DNA of 64,000 nucleotides, from NCBI RefSeq assembly GCF_009914755.1, contig NC_060940.1, one strand, 5' to 3'. A program made the translations under genes and the position numbers. The notes beneath the pieces are model-generated. The model worked only from the letters and a program-made list of their open reading frames with translations. It was not told where the DNA came from and searched no databases. Positions 48,061 through 62,619 of the stretch are shown one piece after another; within the stretch, counting starts at the first letter, position 1; each line of letters begins with the position of its first letter. The stretch comes from the human T2T-CHM13v2.0 reference genome, Homo sapiens.

Positions 48061-48583
48061 CAGTGATACGCTAGTGAATGTTTTAACAAGCAAATCTTAG
48101 GGGTGGGGAACTGTGATTTACAGCATTTGCCAACTTCCATTGCATCAAAATTTCCACCATGGCCAATTTCAAGCTACAAATGTGCTATCAACTGACTTAC
48201 TGTATTCCTGAAAATGTAGCTATTGATTCTCATGAGCTTAGTACAAGCCAGGTCTAACATACCACTTGGTTTTTTTTTTTTTTTTTTTTTGGAGACAGAC
48301 TCTCACTCTGTCTTCCAGGTTGAATTGCAGCGGCACAGTCTTGGCTCACTGCAACCTCTGCCTCCCGGGTTCAAGCGATTCTCCTGCCTCAGCCTCCTGA
48401 ATAGCTGGGATTACAGGCACGTGCTACCATGCCTGGGTAATTTTTGTATTTTTTAGTAGAGATGGGGTTTCACCATGTTGGTCATGCTGGTCTTAAACTC
48501 CTGACCTCGTGATCTGCCCGCCTCAGCCTCCCAAAGTGCTGGGATTACAGGCATGAGCCACTGCGCCCAGCCCCACACCACTG
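48061..48583 (-). mobile_element. MER63 with an Alu inserted at its terminus
   Basis: cagtgatacgctagtgaatgttttaacaa...ccaccatggccaatttcaagcta...cacaccactg; TSD gctttggc/tctttagc. Confidence 0.75.
48270..48572 (-). mobile_element. AluS
   Basis: Full Alu; TSD ca(t/c)accact. Confidence 0.95.
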
Positions 48584-49334
48584 TCTTTAGCTCAAAAGTT
48601 AATATGAATTTTGCACCCAGCTCAATGATACATCCATAATTAATTTAAAAATAATAGTGGTTTTCTGTCTGTCTTCAAATTTTCCAGCATCACCTAATGT
48701 ATGTTTCCCAAAGACAGCTCTACTCTTATGTGAGATGACTTGGTGGGGGGCTGGGACATGGAATAGCCTTACATTGTTTCCTTTGCATTTCTCCCTCTCA
48801 ATCTTCCCAATTATATTAAGATTAAAGTCTCAGTGAGGTACTAATCTGCTTTAACACCTCTTGAACACATCCCTCTCCCTTTTCAACAAAGAGGGAGCAG
48901 GCTTCAAGTTCAGAGTCTTCAGGCTGGCAACAGTATCAAGTTAGAATGTATTAGAATTGTTTCTTTACATTTTGCTTATTATGTTCAGCTGTCTATGGCA
49001 AATAATACTGATTTTTTTCCCATTTATGGATGCAGAGTGGGCTTTTCCTTTAAATATGTTATTAGTATGTCAGTTAGTATGTTTCTTGTACTAAGGTGGT
49101 ACCTGGAATAAGCAAAAGTCACTTGCTTCTCAGAAGATAAGGCCCAGCTTCTTGTGGGACATGCTAGTGGGGCCTTTTGGAGGCAGAAATACCCAGTGGC
49201 AGCTTGTTGCATTAGCAGTAACTCTCTACCTTTAGAATCTCCTGCTGCCATTCATCCTACTCACCGAAACAGATTTTGATTCAAGTTATGATGTGCTGTC
49301 ATATGTTGATTTGTATCAGCAGTTGCTCACTTGT

Positions 49335-49395
49335 ATCTATTGCCAATTTCCATGGTGTAAATCTTCCCACCATGGCTGATTTCAAGCTATCAACC
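49335..49395 (-). mobile_element. MER63 fragment
   Basis: tgccaatttccatggtgtaaatcttcccaccatggctgatttcaagctatcaac. Confidence 0.7.
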
Positions 49396-49504
49396 AGACA
49401 ATGAACATATGCATGCATGTATCTTCATGACAGAATGATTTATATTCATTTGGATATATGCACAGTAATGGGACTGCTGGGTCAAATGGTAGTTCTGTTT
49501 TTAG

Positions 49505-49818
<314 letters not shown>

Positions 49819-49998
49819 TGCCACACTGCTTTGCACAATGGTTGAGCTAATTTACACTCCTCCCAACAGTGTATAAGTATTCCTTTTTCTCTGCAACCTT
49901 GCCAGCATGTTATTTTTTTACTTTTTAATAATATCCATTCTGACTGGTTTGAGATGATATCTCATTGTGGTTTTGATTCGCATTTCTCTAATGATTAG

Positions 49999-50354
49999 TG
50001 TATTAGTCCATTTTCACACTGCTGATAAATACATACCTGAGACTGGGTAATTTACAAAGAAAAAAGAAGTTTAATGGACTCACAGTTCCATGTGGCTGGG
50101 GAGGTCTCACAATCATGGTGGAAGATGAAAGGCATGTCTTACATGGTGGCAGGCAAGAGATAACTTGTGCAGGGAAACTCCCCTTTATAAAACCATCAGA
50201 TCTCATGAGACTTATTCACTATCACGTGAACAGCACATGAAAGACCCTCCCCCATGATTTAGTTACCTCCCCCTGGTTCCCTCCCACGATATGGAAATTG
50301 TGGGAACTGCAATTCAAGATGAGATTTGGGTGGGGACACAGCCACACCATATCA
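49999..50354 (-). mobile_element. THE1B-like MaLR solo LTR
   Basis: tgtattagtccattttcacactgctgataaa...gagatttgggtggggacacagcc...atatca; TSD attag/atcag. Confidence 0.92.
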
Positions 50355-50414
50355 ATCAGTGATGTTGAGCTTTTTTTTTCATATGCTCATACAATTGTGA
50401 AGAGAGGAGAATTC

Positions 50415-50498
50415 TTTGGATATATACACAGTAATGGGACTGCTGGGTCAAATGGTAGTTCTGTTTTTAGCTCTTTGAGAAATTGCCACACTGCCTTT
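50415..50498. repeat. 84-bp near-identical copy of 49449-49532
   Basis: 83/84 identical, offset 966 bp, ggagaa on both sides. Confidence 0.93.
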
Positions 50499-50647
50499 GG
50501 AGAAACAGAAATCTTGCATCCATAGTTGCCTCATTTCTCTTTTTCAATTACTGACTCTCCCAACATAGAAGGATCGAGTTGAGGGAGGCCACAGGGTCAC
50601 TTACATGTGCAGATAGAGCAGTGGTTTGAATTCAGTAACCACCCTGT

Positions 50648-51293
<646 letters not shown>

Positions 51294-51631
51294 TATTTTC
51301 TTTTTCTTTCTTTTTTTTTTTTTTTTTGAGACAGAGTCTCGCTCTGTCTCCCAGGCTGGACTGTAGTTTCCCGGGCTGGAGTGCAGCGGCACCATCACGG
51401 CTCACTGCAAGCTCCACCTCCCGGGTTCACGCCATTCTCCTGCCTAAGCCTCCCTAGTAGCTGGGACTACAGGTGCCCGCCACCACACCCGGCTAATTTA
51501 TTTTTGTATTTTTAGTAGAGATGGGGTTTCACCATGTTAGCCAGGATGGTCTCGATTTCCTGACCTCATGATCCGCCTGTCTCGGCCTCCCAAAGTGCTG
51601 GGATTACAGGTGTGAGTCACTGCGCCCGACC
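51294..51631 (-). mobile_element. AluY-like
   Basis: Third stacked Alu; internal 20-bp duplication; followed by caccctgtattc. Confidence 0.93.
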
Positions 51632-51956
51632 CACCCTGTATTCCTAAAGTAGCCCTAGCATTCACTAGCTGTGTGGTCTCAGACAAGTCACTTAGCCTCT
51701 AAGGAATGAAATTTCTAGGAGCACAAGAGCATAGGGCTCTCACATAGCATGTGGCAGTTATTAGGATGCAATTAGCATCACCATTTCTTTCCTCCACACC
51801 CACAGGTGTAGAACCAGGGCACGTGAGCATTGTTTAAAGGAGAGCTTCAAAGATGATGTATCTTTAGAGCTTGATGCCACCTGCCTTTGCCTACCTGTTG
51901 CTTGGCTACAGACCTGGCTCCCCTCCAACCTCCCATTTCTAACGCTACATCAAAGG

Positions 51957-52169
51957 CTGTGCTTCTCAGCTGGGAGCAGTTTCGTCCTTTGAGGGGCAGC
52001 TGGCAATGTCCGGAGACATTTTTGATTCTCACAACTGGAAAAGTATGACTGGGATCTAGTGAATGGAGGCCAGGGATTGTGCTAAACATCTCATGATACA
52101 CAGGATAGCCCCCTGCAACGAAGAATTATCCAGCCCCAAATGTCACCATGCCAAGAATAAAAAACCCTG
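51957..52169 (+). mobile_element. MER20 (hAT-Charlie)
   Basis: tggcaatgtccggagacatttttg...gaggccaggg...gctaaacatc...aagaattatccagccccaaatgtca...aaaccctg. Confidence 0.9.
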
Positions 52170-52399
52170 CTCTAAGGATTAAGTGAGCTTGGTCCCTCTA
52201 AAAGATGTGTTTACTCTACTGGAATACTAGAGAAATTCCTTAGGCTACCATCCTAAGAAAGAGTAGCATAGCCCCTAAAAATTGTAACTAAATTTTACAC
52301 TCCCCAGGCAGAGGTATAAAGATGTCTCCGACTTGTTAAAGCAATAAATGACCGAAGGATAATGGGCATGACAGAATAGATTTTTAACAGTCTTATTCC

Positions 52400-52620
52400 C
52401 ATCATTAAATCCTCGCTCTTCCACTTTTTTAGCTCTGTGACCATGAGCATAGTAAGTGCTAGGATCCTCAATTTCTTCAACTGTAAAAACAGAAATAATG
52501 CACCTGTCTTGTATAAAATTGTTGTGAAGATTAAAGGAGATAATGCCTGTAAGCCAGTTAGCCAGTTACTGCTGGTATATTGTTATGTTCTCAACAAACA
52601 TAATCATTATCATCATTACT
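52400..52620 (+). mobile_element. MIR
   Basis: agctctgtgaccatgagca...cctcaatttcttcaactgtaaaa...gttgtgaagattaaaggagataatg. Confidence 0.75.
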
Positions 52621-53205
52621 CTTGCTATTATACTGCCTACAGTAGTCAGAGCTCAAATAGATATTTTCATCATTATTATTATTTTAGGTCTATTTTAGTT
52701 CCTTAAACAGTTGTGGGTGGCTGAGAGGCACATGTACCTGTCTCTTCTCTGTGCCAAGACTCTGCAGAGTGGTGAACGGCAAGAAAGGAAAAGAGTCCAA
52801 ACAGATGGAAACTTCATGGGGCAGGTTTCTCCTAGTCTGCCCCCCGCCACACACACACACAGAAACTAAACACTCTTCCAAGCTGTCTTCATCCATGGGA
52901 TAATTTCTTTAAAGCCTGCATGGAATCCCAGATAATGAAGAATGATGAGGCTAATTATAGACTCACCATGGTACAAAAACCTGTCGGTTGTATGTTCATA
53001 CAGATTATCCAGCTTAAGTCACAGGCCATTCAGAGTGTTCAATTTCAGAACCATCCAGAAGCTATCAGACCTAGTCTGTCCAATCTGTGGGGGCACAAAC
53101 CCAAGAACTGTTCTAGCACATAGAAGAGCACAAAAAACATAGCTTGTGGTATCTGTGCTTAGTGAGGCCACTGACTCACTTGGAATGGCCAATTCCAGAT
53201 TGCAG

Positions 53206-53208
<3 letters not shown>

Positions 53209-53239
<31 letters not shown>

Positions 53240-53533
53240 AGAGAGAGAAAGAGTGTGTCTCACTCTGTCGTTAATGCTGGAGTACAGTGATGCAGTCATA
53301 GCTCACCGCAGCCTCAAACTCCTAGGCTCAAGTGATCTTACCACCTCAGTCTCCTGAGTAACTGCGATTACAGGCACTCACCATCATGCCCATGTAATTT
53401 TTATATATATAGTTTTTGAGACAGGCTCTTACTGTGTTGCCAAAGCTGGTCTCGAATTCCTGGCCTCAAGCGATTGTCCTGCCTCAGCCTCCTAAAGCAC
53501 TGGGATTACAGGTGTTAGCCACCACACCTGGCC
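53209..53533 (-). mobile_element. AluJ with long poly-T
   Basis: TSD agaacttttt; gcagcctcaaactcctaggctcaag. Confidence 0.93.
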
Positions 53534-53741
53534 AGAACTTTTTTCAATTGTTATTTTCTCCTGATAAGAAAAGTAGCACATATTCAACAGAGACATTTAA
53601 AACCATGTCCCTTCAAAGCAAGAAAAATCATACTCCCATTACCAACAGTAACCCTTTTGTATGAGTTGTCTTTTCTTTCAGTATTTCCTTTTTGGACAGA
53701 TGGGGATTTGTTCTTTGTTTTGTTTTCTTTAGTGGCTTGAC

Positions 53742-54043
53742 TTTTTTTTTTTTTTCTTTTTTTTGAGACAAAGTCTCGCTCTGTCGCCCAGGCTGGAGTG
53801 CAGTGGCACGATCTCAGCTCACTGCCCCCTCTGCTTCCCGGTTCAAGTGATTCTCCTGCCTCAGCCTCTGGAGTAGCTGGGATTACAGGCGCATGCCACC
53901 ACGCCCACCTAATTTTTGTATTTGTAGCAGAGACAGGGTTTCACCATGTTGGTCAGGCTGGTCTCGAACTGCTGACCGCATGATCTGCCCGTCTCGGCCT
54001 CCCAAAGTGCTAGGATTACAGGCGTGAGCTACCACACCCGGCC
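53742..54043 (-). mobile_element. AluS
   Basis: Full Alu; ggcttg flanks. Confidence 0.95.
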
Positions 54044-54212
54044 AGGGCTTGCCGTTTTTTAGACATTATCACATTGTACAAAAAAATTTGTGGACTGCCT
54101 TTTTTTCCCTCTTGTACACTCATAAGCATTTTAAACTATAATGGCTACATAATATTCTAACAAACAGCTCTAACAGAGTTTACTCAACCACTCTCCTGTT
54201 CTGGACATCTAG

Positions 54213-54542
<330 letters not shown>

Positions 54543-54961
54543 CGAGAATGTATCTTAAAGAAATAAACCTCTACTTGGAATTTTATTTAAAAAGTATTTA
54601 TATCTAAAATGTTTGTTGTAGCTATACCAACAAAAATGAACATGTCACTTTGGGAAGATGTGACTTCAATTGATTCTTAGAATTGCCACCTACCTCCCCA
54701 ACTTACCAAACTCTTGGTTATGGAGACTTCTTAGATTCACCCTTCCTTGTGACTCTAGAGGACCTGACTACTGTTCATAGCCACCCCTCTGGGATCAGTC
54801 CCATTTGAGATCCCAGTGAAGCCCAGGCTGAAACAAGAATGGCTGAAGTCTGGCTATCCATCCCTAGTTGGCCTCTGAGCAGGAATGGAAAGTTGCTGGA
54901 AGGCAACACCTCCCTCAACCCCTTACTTTAATTCCCTGTCTGTTGAGCCTGTTTTTATCTC

Positions 54962-54975
54962 GTTACCATGGCAAC
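54962..54975. promoter_or_regulatory. RFX X-box motif (candidate)
   Basis: GTTACC-AT-GGCAAC in unique sequence; motif only. Confidence 0.45.
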
Positions 54976-55728
54976 ACAGCCTCAAGGCTGATAGATATTC
55001 CTTGCCACTTAGAGGAAAACACTCAGCTAATAGGCAAGTGGGAAGGACACAGGAAAGAAAGGGTGAGCCCTTTTCTGTTTCCCTTCCGTGCCTCTGCAAA
55101 TGGGCAGAGATAATTAAAAATTAGATTTTAAAGTCACACTGACACTGACGGAAGGAACATAAGGAGGATTCCAGCGCTCACAAGACCATCTCCTTCTAGT
55201 GCTAATTAAAGTGGATGAAGATAAATCAAATTACCTCAGATCTCATGTCTCCTTGATGAAGAATCTTTGAAAGCATAGGTCATTTTAGGGACTCTTTTCA
55301 CCCTTTGGGGAATTACCTGGCTTCTAAAAAACCTGAAGCAATCGTAAAGATCAAGTGGGTTTTAACAGCATGCCTCAGCATCCTACCTCAAATCTTGGTC
55401 TCACCCCGCCAGCCTCCATAATTCCCAGTTGTCATTGGTCTCCCAGTTTCTCCCCATCCAGGGCCCACTGGCCAATATTACTCTCAGGGTTATCTTCCTG
55501 AAACACACTTCTAGCTGTGTCCAAGTGAAGACCATGCCCAGCTCCCTCCTGCTCACATAAGAGGGGCCAGCTGACCTGGCCCAGCACACAACATCCCCAG
55601 GACACCCAATAGCACTGTCACTCACGCCCAGTCCCCTGAATGAGCAATGAATTCAGTCCTTTCAGAACTCTGTTCTCTTGCCTGAGTGTATGCAGTTTCT
55701 CTTCCTGAAAAATGCCTACCTCCCTCTG

Positions 55729-56020
55729 TTTTTGAGGTGGAGTTTCGCTCTTGTTGTCCAGGCTGGAGTTTGCGCAATGGCATGATCTTGGCTCACCACA
55801 ACCTCTGCCTCCCAGATTCTAGCGATTCTCCTGCCTCAGCCTCCCAAGTAGCTAGGATTACAGGCATGTGCCACCACGCCCAGCTAATTTCGTATTTTTA
55901 GTAGAGACAGGGTTTTCCCCATGTTGGTCAGGCTGGTCTCAAACTCCTGACCTCAGGTGATCCAACCACCTGGGCCTCCCAAAGTGCTGGGATTACAGGT
56001 GTGTACCACCGCGCCCGGCC
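55729..56020 (-). mobile_element. AluSp/Sq-like inside an L2 relic (about 55390-56245, +)
   Basis: TSD ctccctct; L2 end gcctggcacatagtagg at about 56220. Confidence 0.93.
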
Positions 56021-56704
56021 CCATCTCCCTCTTAAAACCCAATGGAAAAGTAGTTCTTCTCTAAACTGAGTAATTTCCTCCACTGGACTCACATGCGTCT
56101 TCATTCATAGCTAGGATATAGCTCCTCCCACACTCTGTTGGAATTGACTGTCTCCATGGCCACCTTCCCTCTTCTCCTGGCTTCAAGGGCAGAGGCTGCA
56201 TGTGCTCATCTCTGCATGCTGCCTGGCACATAGTAGGTGGAGGTTATTACCCCACAAACACAGGCCATTTGATTGAAAGGGTACACTTGTCTATCTAGGA
56301 AATGAGAACAACACATTGAACTTCTCTAACACCTAACTCCTAGGAAATCCAAACCCCTCATTTGCAACACCATCATCAAACATATGCTGGGTCCTTAGCA
56401 ATACGGTGTCACAGTTGAGCATTTGAGTGCTGGAACTGTCGTTATAGTTGTCATTTGGGGAAGAAAGCTCAAAGTTCACATTTTGTAAACTTTTTGGAAA
56501 ATTTCAAACATATAAAAGCAGCAATTATAGGATACTGACACCCCCTGCCCCCATACTCCTTCCCTGTTACCCGGTTTCCACAATGATTAATATTTGGTTG
56601 ATTTTTTCCTTCATTGCCTTCCCTTTCTCACTATTTTTCTGGAGTATTTTAAAGTAAATCCCAGACATAATATTATTTCATCTGTAAATATTTCATAAAC
56701 ATTC

Positions 56705-56940
56705 TAAGTTAAAATCCTAGCTCTTTGACATACTATGTTTATGACCTTAGGCAGGTTAATTAATGTCCCTAATGTTCATCTTCTACATATGTAACATGAG
56801 GATAATTATGGTACATTCCTCATAGGGTTATAATGAGGAGTGAAGGGACTATTCCATGGAAAGCATTTGACACTTAGCATGCACTCAGCTGGTGTGCTAA
56901 GGGGTCGGTGTCAGCCATTAAAATCACTGTCACTTATCAT
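56705..56940 (+). mobile_element. MIR
   Basis: aaatcctagctct...tgaccttaggcaggttaattaa...cctcatagggtt. Confidence 0.75.
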
Positions 56941-57384
56941 TACTGAATTTACAGCACAGCATCAAACCCTTGGGACATGAAAGACATAAGATCTATCAGT
57001 AATCTGTATCTATCAGTAATCATGACTGTGGCAGCAGGATGGGGGCAGATTGGAGCACGAAGAAGCTGGGACCTTCAGAGAACAAACAGGAGGCTAGAAA
57101 AAGAATACTGTAGGGAGATGATGAGACCTCGAATGATGCAGTGACAGAGTGGAGACAATACACACGTGGAGATTAGAGCCAAGATCTCTGATCGACTGCC
57201 TGCAGCAGGGAGATGTCCTTCTGCAATTAAAGGTCAAGTCTAGATTCTGGTGGCCTGGAGCGAGTAAGTCAAGGGAGGTGGAGGCAATGGCAGACAATGA
57301 GTTTCTTCTTCCTAGGATCATGATCTCTGGGGTACTGACAGGGCATCCTATGCTGGGGCATCCTAGAAAAAAGAATAGGCAATG

Positions 57385-57794
57385 TGCTAAGAGTTTGGAT
57401 GTTTGTTCCCCAAACCTCATGTGGAAATTTGATCCCAGTGTTGGAGGTGGGGACTAATGAGAGGTGTTTGGGTCATAGGAGTGGATTCCACATGAATAGA
57501 TTAATGCCCTCCCTGCAGGAATGGAGAGTGAATTCTCATTCTAGTAGTTCCTGCCAGAGCTGGTTGCTAAAAAGAGCCTAGTGCCTCACCTCTCTGTCTT
57601 GCTTCCTCTCTCACTGTGTGATCTCTGCACGTGCCAGCTCCCCTGCACCTTCCGCCATGAGCAGAAACAGCCTGGGGCTTCCACCAGATGCTCAATCTTC
57701 CAGCCTCCACAGTCATGGACCAAATAACTCTTTTTTCTTTAAAAATTACCCAGCTTCAGGTATTCTTTTATAACAACACAAAGGGACTAATACA
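57385..57794 (+). mobile_element. MSTB1/MSTA1-type MaLR LTR
   Basis: tgctaagagtttggatgtttgttcccc...aattacccagcttcaggtattc...gactaataca. Confidence 0.88.
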
Positions 57795-58087
57795 GCAGGT
57801 GAGGCTGCCGATTATGACATGGCAATGCTTGTCCTGCCCTTTGTGAAGCACGTGGCTCTTCCTAGACAGTTGGTTGTCACTTTTATTTTGGTGTTACTTA
57901 CACAGCTTCTAATGAAAGATTCCAGATGACTGTACCCTTAAGTTTTCCCTCAGCCATGGCTCTGTAGCCTCGTTTCACTGCTGTGGTGATCAAAGTGAGC
58001 TGGTGGTTGCCTCATAATCACTTTTAATAACTTATTATCCAATGAACATGTGCTCATTGTGTTCATTTTTTAAAACACAAAAACATT

Positions 58088-58370
<283 letters not shown>

Positions 58371-58424
<54 letters not shown>
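58371..58424. repeat. (AC)27 microsatellite
   Basis: Direct count, perfect. Confidence 0.95.
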
Positions 58425-58428
<4 letters not shown>

Positions 58429-59045
58429 ATAATGGAGAAAATGAAAACTAGCCCTAACCCTATTACTCAGATATAGCCAAGGTTGTGAGGTTGATACAAC
58501 CTATAATTTGCATTAATATATATTTTATATAGATAAGCAGAATAAGAAATTGTATGTTCAGCGTGATCTTATCATGTTAATGAGAAATGGGAAGCAGTGA
58601 TCTTCAGGGATGTTCTGTGTTGCCCTTAATCATCCTAAGCCTGATGGACATTTTGCTCCAGTTTTTTGCTTTTAAATATTGAATAACATATAGTAACTGT
58701 TAAATTAGTGAATGTTATACAGCTTTATTCCATTTCTTTAATTTTTCTCCTTTTAAAAGGCTGTTTCTACTGGCAAACATAAGGAAAGGATCCATTGTTT
58801 ATCCGGCCTTTCCTATACAAACTGTTTATCACTGGTAATCAAATAATGGATGAAGGGAAATGTCTCCTTATAAAATTATGGCAGCTAATAAATGAACACG
58901 ACTGTATTCATCCTCCGGTAAATTACTGGATCTAGGCATTAAGTTAGTATGCTGGAAAGAGAGCCAGCCAGCCATTGTATAGGTTTTGGAGAAAAGACAC
59001 AGCAGCGCCCGCGGTCTTGGCAAAGAAAATATATTAACCTGATCA

Positions 59046-59537
<492 letters not shown>

Positions 59538-59539
59538 TT

Positions 59540-59825
59540 AAAAGTATGAGTGCGTGTATATTCTTTTAATTAGCAAAACAAAACTATAATGCCTGGGATG
59601 CAGAGTTGGGTGAAATTAAGGAAATTTAAGGAAGCGATTACTCTAAAAGTCAGGACTGAGCCAGCGACATTTGAGGGAGGGGAAGGAGGTGAGATTAGCA
59701 CAAGGGACACAGAAAGGACTTCGGGGTGGCTGACAAAGTTCTACTTTGATGTATTGGTTTTGTGTAGTTTTCTGTATCTGTGTTTTACAATTTTTAAAAG
59801 TTTAAAATTAAAAAAAAAAAAAACA
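59540..59825 (+). mobile_element. Old L1M 3' end with A-tail
   Basis: gcaaaacaaaactata...ggaagcgattactctaaaagtcagga...ttttctgtatctgtgtt...aaaaaa. Confidence 0.55.
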
Positions 59826-59853
59826 CGAAAAAACAAACTGAAAGCTGTTACTA

Positions 59854-60242
59854 GGCAAGATTATTTCAACAGGGCAGAGAGATTGAACTCAATTCCTTTG
59901 AAACAAAAGGTAGAGAATTTTTGAGCACTAGGGGGAGATAGTGGCAAAGTCCTAAAGGACGTTTCAGGAAGAAGGCAGGTGAGCTGAAGCCATCAAGCCA
60001 TCTGTGTTTGCTAATTGGTGCTTATGGAAGTTAGGCTCTTATCCTTCCCAGAGACTGGGAGATAGGGATGCTATCTTTCTTGATTACATTTTGAAGGGAT
60101 GGTTCCCAAGTCCTTGAGAAAGACATTCCTGGGTTGTAGAAGATTTATGTCTTAAAGGAGCAAAAATAATTTACAATATCAAGTTTTCTAAGGTAAATGC
60201 TCTAAGGGAGGATTAGGGACCTACAGTCAGGAAGAAACCTGT
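59854..60242 (-). mobile_element. MER67-like ERV1 LTR fragment (both ends truncated)
   Basis: ccatctgtgtttgctaattggtgctt...gttaggctc...gagactgggagatagg...gtccttgagaaagacattcctgggttgta...agtcaggaagaaacctgt. Confidence 0.7.
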
Positions 60243-60552
60243 TGATACAGTTTGGATCTGTGTCCCAACCCAAATTTCATGGTGAAATGTAATCCCCAAC
60301 GTTGGAGATGGGGCCTAGTGGGAGGTGTTCGGATCAGGGGAGCAGGTCCCTCATGAATGGCTCTTGCTCAGAGTTCACACCAGACCTGGTAGTTTAAAAT
60401 TGTGGGGCCCCTCCTCCCTGTGACCCCCCACCACCACCCCTCGCCTGCATCTGCTTTTGCCATGTGACATGCCTGCTCCCCCTTTGAGACCTCCCTAGAA
60501 GCTGATCATATGCCAGCACTATGCTTCCCATAAAGCCTGCAGAGCCATGAGC
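60243..60552 (+). mobile_element. MSTB-type LTR, 3'-truncated and fused to an Alu
   Basis: tgatacagtttggatctgtgtccc...aagcctgcagagccatgagcc, then Alu sequence. Confidence 0.85.
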
Positions 60553-60843
60553 CCCTGGTGACTCACACCTGTAATCCCAGCACCTTGGGAGGCCGAAGTG
60601 GGCAGATCCCGAGGTCAGGAGTTTGAGACCAGCCTGGTCACCATGGCAAAACCCTGTATCTATTAAAAAATACAAAAATTAGCCAGGCGTGGTGGCTCAT
60701 GCCTGTAGTCCCAGCTACTCAGGAGGCTGAGGCAGGAGAATCGTTTGACCTGGGAGGCAGAGGTTGCAGTGAGCCAAGATGGTACCACTGCATTCTAGCC
60801 TGGGGAACAGAGTGAGACTCCATTTAAAAAAAAAAAAAAAAAA
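60553..60843 (+). mobile_element. AluS (Sg-like), first bases missing
   Basis: ggtgactcacacctgtaatccc...poly-A then aaagctgttacta. Confidence 0.93.
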
Positions 60844-60856
60844 GCTGTTACTAACA

Positions 60857-61300
60857 ATATTGTGTTGGAGAGTGTCCCCCTAAATCCATGTTTCTCCCTG
60901 AACCTCAGAATGTGACTTTATTTGGAAACGGGGTTGTTGCAGATATATTGCAACAACATTGCAGATATTTAAAACGAGGTCATATCAGATTAGGGTGGAC
61001 CCTTAATCCAACATGGTGTACTTGTAAGAAGGAAAAAAGAGAGAGAGAATGCCATATGATGATGGAGGCAGAGACAGGAGTGATGTGTCTCCAAGCCAAG
61101 GGCCACCAAAGATGCCAGCAACCTCCAGAAGCTAGGAGAAAATAATGGAAAAGATTCTTTCTCAGAACCTCCAGTAGGAACCAATCCGGCTGACATTTGG
61201 ATTTCAGACTAAGCCTCAGAACTTGTGAGAAAACAAATTTCTGTTGTTTCAAGCCACCTGGTTTGTGGTACTTAGACAGCAACCCTAGGAAACTAATATA
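60857..61300 (+). mobile_element. MLT1C-like LTR
   Basis: aacctcagaatgtgactttatttggaaac...gattagggtggaccctta...aaatttctgttgtttcaagccacc...ctaggaaactaata. Confidence 0.88.
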
Positions 61301-61499
61301 CTACCCAAACATTATTATGTGTTCCTAATTTTAATGAAAAGAATGATTAGTTTAGCTCAAGACTGGGTATGATTTGTTAAAGCATTATTTCTAGTCCTTG
61401 TCTGTATGCAAACAATTGTTTACTTGGTTGAAGTTATAGCCCAATACAGTTTTATTTCTGGACTTTTTTTCATTTGACAGAACACCTATTTACATTTCT

Positions 61500-61763
61500 T
61501 TTTGTTTGGTTTTATTTTGTTTTTTTGATAAAGGGTCTCACTCTGTCACCCAGGCTGGAGCACAGTGGTGCAATCACAGCTCACTGCGGTCTCGAACTCC
61601 TGGGGGCTCAGCCTCCCAAATAGCTAGGATTACAGGTGCGTGCCACCACATCCAACTGTCTTTTCATTGCCCAAGCTGGTCTGGAACTCCTGGACTCAAG
61701 CAATCCTCCCACCTCGACCTCCCAAAGTGTTGAGATTATGGGCATGAGCCATCTTGCCCAGCC
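61500..61763 (-). mobile_element. AluJ (internally deleted)
   Basis: agggtctcactctgtcacccagg...ggactcaagcaatcctccc. Confidence 0.88.
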
Positions 61764-62312
61764 TGATTTGCATGTCTTAATTTGAGCACGTGTATCTCTA
61801 GTAGGCATTGGTTCACACTAGATCCTGATGTTTCCTTCCTTGAAAAGAAACAAGCCCACCTACTGCATTTCCAGCATGCAACTTTGCTTCTGAGTTTTCT
61901 GCTCATGTTGCACTAAGATCTGGCTCATTAGACCATGAACTGTGGGTTGCTCTTGTAACCTGCTAATTCTAACTTCTCACACACATCCTGTGTGACCCCA
62001 CCACCACTGAGATTCGTCCCTGAAACCATCAGCAGATGAAACTCAGCTGCTGGTTCTTTTGAGCGGCCACATGGAGACAATGAATAGGTATAATTAACAG
62101 AAAAACAATATCCTGAAGGTTTCTTCATGCACTGAGCAGAAATCAAGTTGTTTGATACTTGCGCAGAACCAAAGCTGAGATCCGATTTCTTGTCTGTTGC
62201 CCTGGAGTGAAAAGGGTTGTAGTCACGGCTATCTGCTGCTTTCCAGCATGCCAGGATATTTAAGTCAAGTGTTAAACTAGGCTCTATCCAGATAGCAAAA
62301 AGTGGAATGTCA

Positions 62313-62619
<307 letters not shown>

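Noticed and set aside
61928-62300. 134-aa minus-strand ORF and a possible exon at 62201-62159
   Set aside because: Starts in an Alu, no recognisable homology, and the donor (CAA|GTATCA) is weak.
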